Source: Parasitella parasitica NRRL 2501
Lineage: Eukaryota > Fungi > Mucoromycota
Direction: 5' to 3'
DNA: 36,640 bases
NCBI GenBank assembly: GCA_025201805.1
Contig: MU619346.1
Location: 8,370-45,009 of the forward strand
In this document: positions 35,254-36,640 of the stretch, one piece after another
Numbering within the stretch: the first letter of the stretch is position 1
Layout: the number at the start of each line of letters is the position of its first letter
Made by a program: the position numbers and the translations under genes
The notes under the pieces: model-generated
Told to the model about the DNA's origin: nothing
The model's input: only the letters and a program-made list of their open reading frames with translations
The model's database searches: none

Positions 35254-35565
35254 CTAGTATCCAGAAGACTGTTGGGCAGCATCTTTGACAATACGAGCCG
35301 TCTGCTTTGCATTTGCCATTGCAGTCGACTGATTTTGCAGCTTTTCATTCCTTGCTTGCTCTTCTAATGCATCCACTTGATCCCAAGCTTGTCTTTTGCT
35401 TCCTTTCGGCGTAGAGACTGAATCAACGTCCATGCTCCCATTCTCTTGATTATTGTTGACATGACCAAGATCGATATCATCCATGTCAGAGTAGTTTTGG
35501 TTTAATTGCTGATAGTCATCTTCTTCAGGACAATCTTCAATTGTTACATGATATTTACGACTCAT
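35254..35565 (-). CDS. Small hydrophilic hypothetical protein, 103 aa
   Basis: Intact ATG ORF after an A-rich leader, with an acidic N-half and a helical Q/A/K-rich C-half. AATAAA lies downstream (35233-35228). Confidence 0.7.
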   Translation of the reverse strand: MSRKYHVTIEDCPEEDDYQQLNQNYSDMDDIDLGHVNNNQENGSMDVDSVSTPKGSKRQAWDQVDALEEQARNEKLQNQSTAMANAKQTARIVKDAAQQSSGY

Positions 35566-36640
35566 TATTGTTATTGTTATTGTTTTTTTATTTTTATTTT
35601 TATTTTTTAGAAAAACTCAAAAGAGAAATTAGATAATGAGGCAAGTTCAAATCTTTTTATCTCAAATGTCTCAAACCTTGTAGCTCTCGCACTCTGCGGT
35701 TGTGAGAATAAATCGTTTTATTGTTTATGTTTCCAACTAAAAAGTTCCCATGAGATTCCATCTAGATTTGCATGAATTAAACTAATGAAACCCTCAAGAA
35801 ATGGAATTACGCCCACAGCTCTGTTTTCACATGGCTATTTTGATTAAAAGTAACCAACCATATCAGCCCTATGTTTGTTTTGTAGAGACACATTCTCTCA
35901 ATAATATGTTCGTGATGTTTCCTGAATTGAAGGTGTTATCCAATATATCATAAATTCTACATAGTGAAATAATATTAAAGTGTAGACAAGAAAATTTAAA
36001 AGGGCTTGCAAAGGGACTAAGGGAACAAGGTTATCCTACCAGCCCGAGACCGCGGACACACTAGCATTGTAGCAATCCCAACTAACTTCTAATACAAAAT
36101 GCGATTTCACAGATTTTGCGCCAATGTACACATAAAACTCAGATATACGGTAGTTTGTCAATACACCTTTCCCAGAACGTCTCACATGCTTATAATTGTG
36201 GCAGATCAGAAATGTCTCCATAAGTGGCCAAGGTAACACGGCGCACAATTGAGTGCTCCTGGCCCGCACTATAAATAATGCAGTAGTAACAAACCAATAA
36301 ATAAGACTTATCTGACCCCATTAAGCCGAGGACATGCCCGAGGACTCCTGCTTAAAAGTGTCCCGATGACAATAAATAACTCCTACAAATAAGGCTATTT
36401 AATTGGCCATGATCCATCTTTACTGTCCTGAGTGTGTTTGTTGTGAGTGTTTGTTTAATTTTTGGCATTTTGTGATTCAAAGTATACATTTCACATTCAA
36501 GCTATTAGATATAAGACAAACCTTTGAGTAAGACATCCTTGGCACATTTTTTTTACTGTAATACGCCGGTTTTGACTTAAAAACATACTCAAGTTCCATC
36601 TTCGAATATAAATACTGCTGAATTACACATACAAGTTTAA

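Overview
AT-rich, gene-dense eukaryotic DNA with many short (about 50-120 nt) spliceosomal introns. The gene set and intron style point to a Mucorales (Mucoromycota) fungus; this is an inference and the species cannot be fixed from the window. I reconstructed about 19 genes by hand: a TTC14-like TPR/RD-RS protein, an orphan secreted acidic/basic protein, a TBC1D13-like RabGAP, a second orphan secreted protein, mitoribosomal bS6m, a choline/ethanolamine phosphotransferase, a polyQ Clg1/Pho80-family cyclin, a DUF1752 protein, a severin/fragmin-type gelsolin, tafazzin, a small Cys-free secreted Asn/Gly protein, ataxin-3, a PKA regulatory subunit, ERD2, a site-2 protease, Ypt1/Rab1, an NTF2-like protein and two unknown proteins. 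Several are missing or fragmented in the ORF track. The left edge looks like a Helitron 3' terminus (perfect 20-bp hairpin followed by CTAG|T) carrying an ORF that ends in a Cys4 motif. Several intergenic gaps contain decayed coding-like relics, the clearest being about 1.6 kb at 26.6-28.3 kb. No tRNA, rRNA or CRISPR was found, and no multi-gene novel system is supported. The best novelty candidates are the Helitron cargo, the small amyloid/repellent-like secreted protein, the orphan secreted proteins and the pattern of gene decay.
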